32,000 nucleotides of DNA, taken from NCBI GenBank assembly GCA_030167145.1, contig CP126532.1, positions 3,030,001 through 3,062,000 on the forward strand, written 5' to 3'. A model generated the notes under the pieces. That model was given only the letters and a program-made list of their open reading frames with translations, made no database searches and had not been told where the DNA came from. Source of the stretch: Ktedonobacterales bacterium. GTDB lineage: Bacteria; Chloroflexota; Ktedonobacteria; Ktedonobacterales; JADMIN01. How positions within the stretch are numbered: the stretch's first letter is position 1; the number at the start of each line of letters is the position of its first letter. A program made the translations under genes and the position numbers. Positions 31,934-32,000 of the stretch are shown here, in pieces.

Positions 31934-32000
31934 ATGACCACCTGTTCTGCGCTCCAATCGGAAGGAGCCGCCACATCGGCGGAGCGGCGGCGCATGGAAG
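31934..32000 (+). CDS. Probable 5' end of a further gene (truncated by the window)
   Basis: SD AAAGGAGG (31917-31924) lies 9 nt before ATG 31934. The frame stays open to the window end (MTTCSALQSEGAATSAERRRME...). It is too short to identify. Confidence 0.3.
   Translation, partial: MTTCSALQSEGAATSAERRRME

Noticed and set aside
1-32000. tRNA, rRNA and tmRNA genes
   Set aside because: I scanned by eye for T-arm (GGTTCGAAyC-like) and rRNA signatures and found none. This visual scan is weaker than tRNAscan-SE or Infernal and should be confirmed with them.

Overview
This is a high-GC bacterial chromosomal window. The protein families suggest an aerobic Chloroflexota- or Actinomycetota-like organism, but that is inference only. 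I support about 31 CDS, one RNase P RNA, several stem-loops and promoters, and three kinds of repeat. I saw no tRNA, rRNA, CRISPR array, transposase or integrase.

The backbone is housekeeping:
- A 6.2-kb minus-strand aa3-type heme-copper oxidase operon: cupredoxin-like gene, ctaC, ctaD, ctaE, ctaG, ctaB (16259-22423).
- rnpB, DegV, DUF1697, TauE/SafE, an MbfA-like ferritin-VIT1 protein, OtsB, MscL, MarC, a penicillin-acylase-family protein, a RibD_C reductase, DUF3224, a membrane methyltransferase plus orphan HisKA_3 kinase, a membrane FKBP, a Prx-like protein and a SHOCT protein.

The items most worth a second look:
1. A low-GC islet of about 1.9 kb (29.5-31.5 kb). It has its own strong promoter and two family-less secreted proteins. 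It is bracketed by 55-bp direct repeats identical at 50/55 positions, and one copy is the 5' leader of an APH/P-loop kinase gene.
2. A roughly 900-aa protein combining toroid-type repeats with an APH-fold kinase core (696-3404). It is preceded by a 600-bp stop-poor mosaic of nonamer duplications and hairpins.
3. A 54-bp hairpin-bearing tandem repeat (22681-22814) whose hairpin core recurs at 308-327.
4. An atypical cupredoxin-like protein (CxxxC, no distal His) leading an oxidase operon whose CtaC has no cytochrome c domain.
5. Unusual appendages on conserved proteins: a 2-TM N-terminal extension on CtaD and a zinc-ribbon tail on MscL.

I found no complete, recognisable novel multi-gene system. 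The islet and the large kinase are the best candidates. Many long ORFs in the track are antisense shadow ORFs typical of high-GC DNA.
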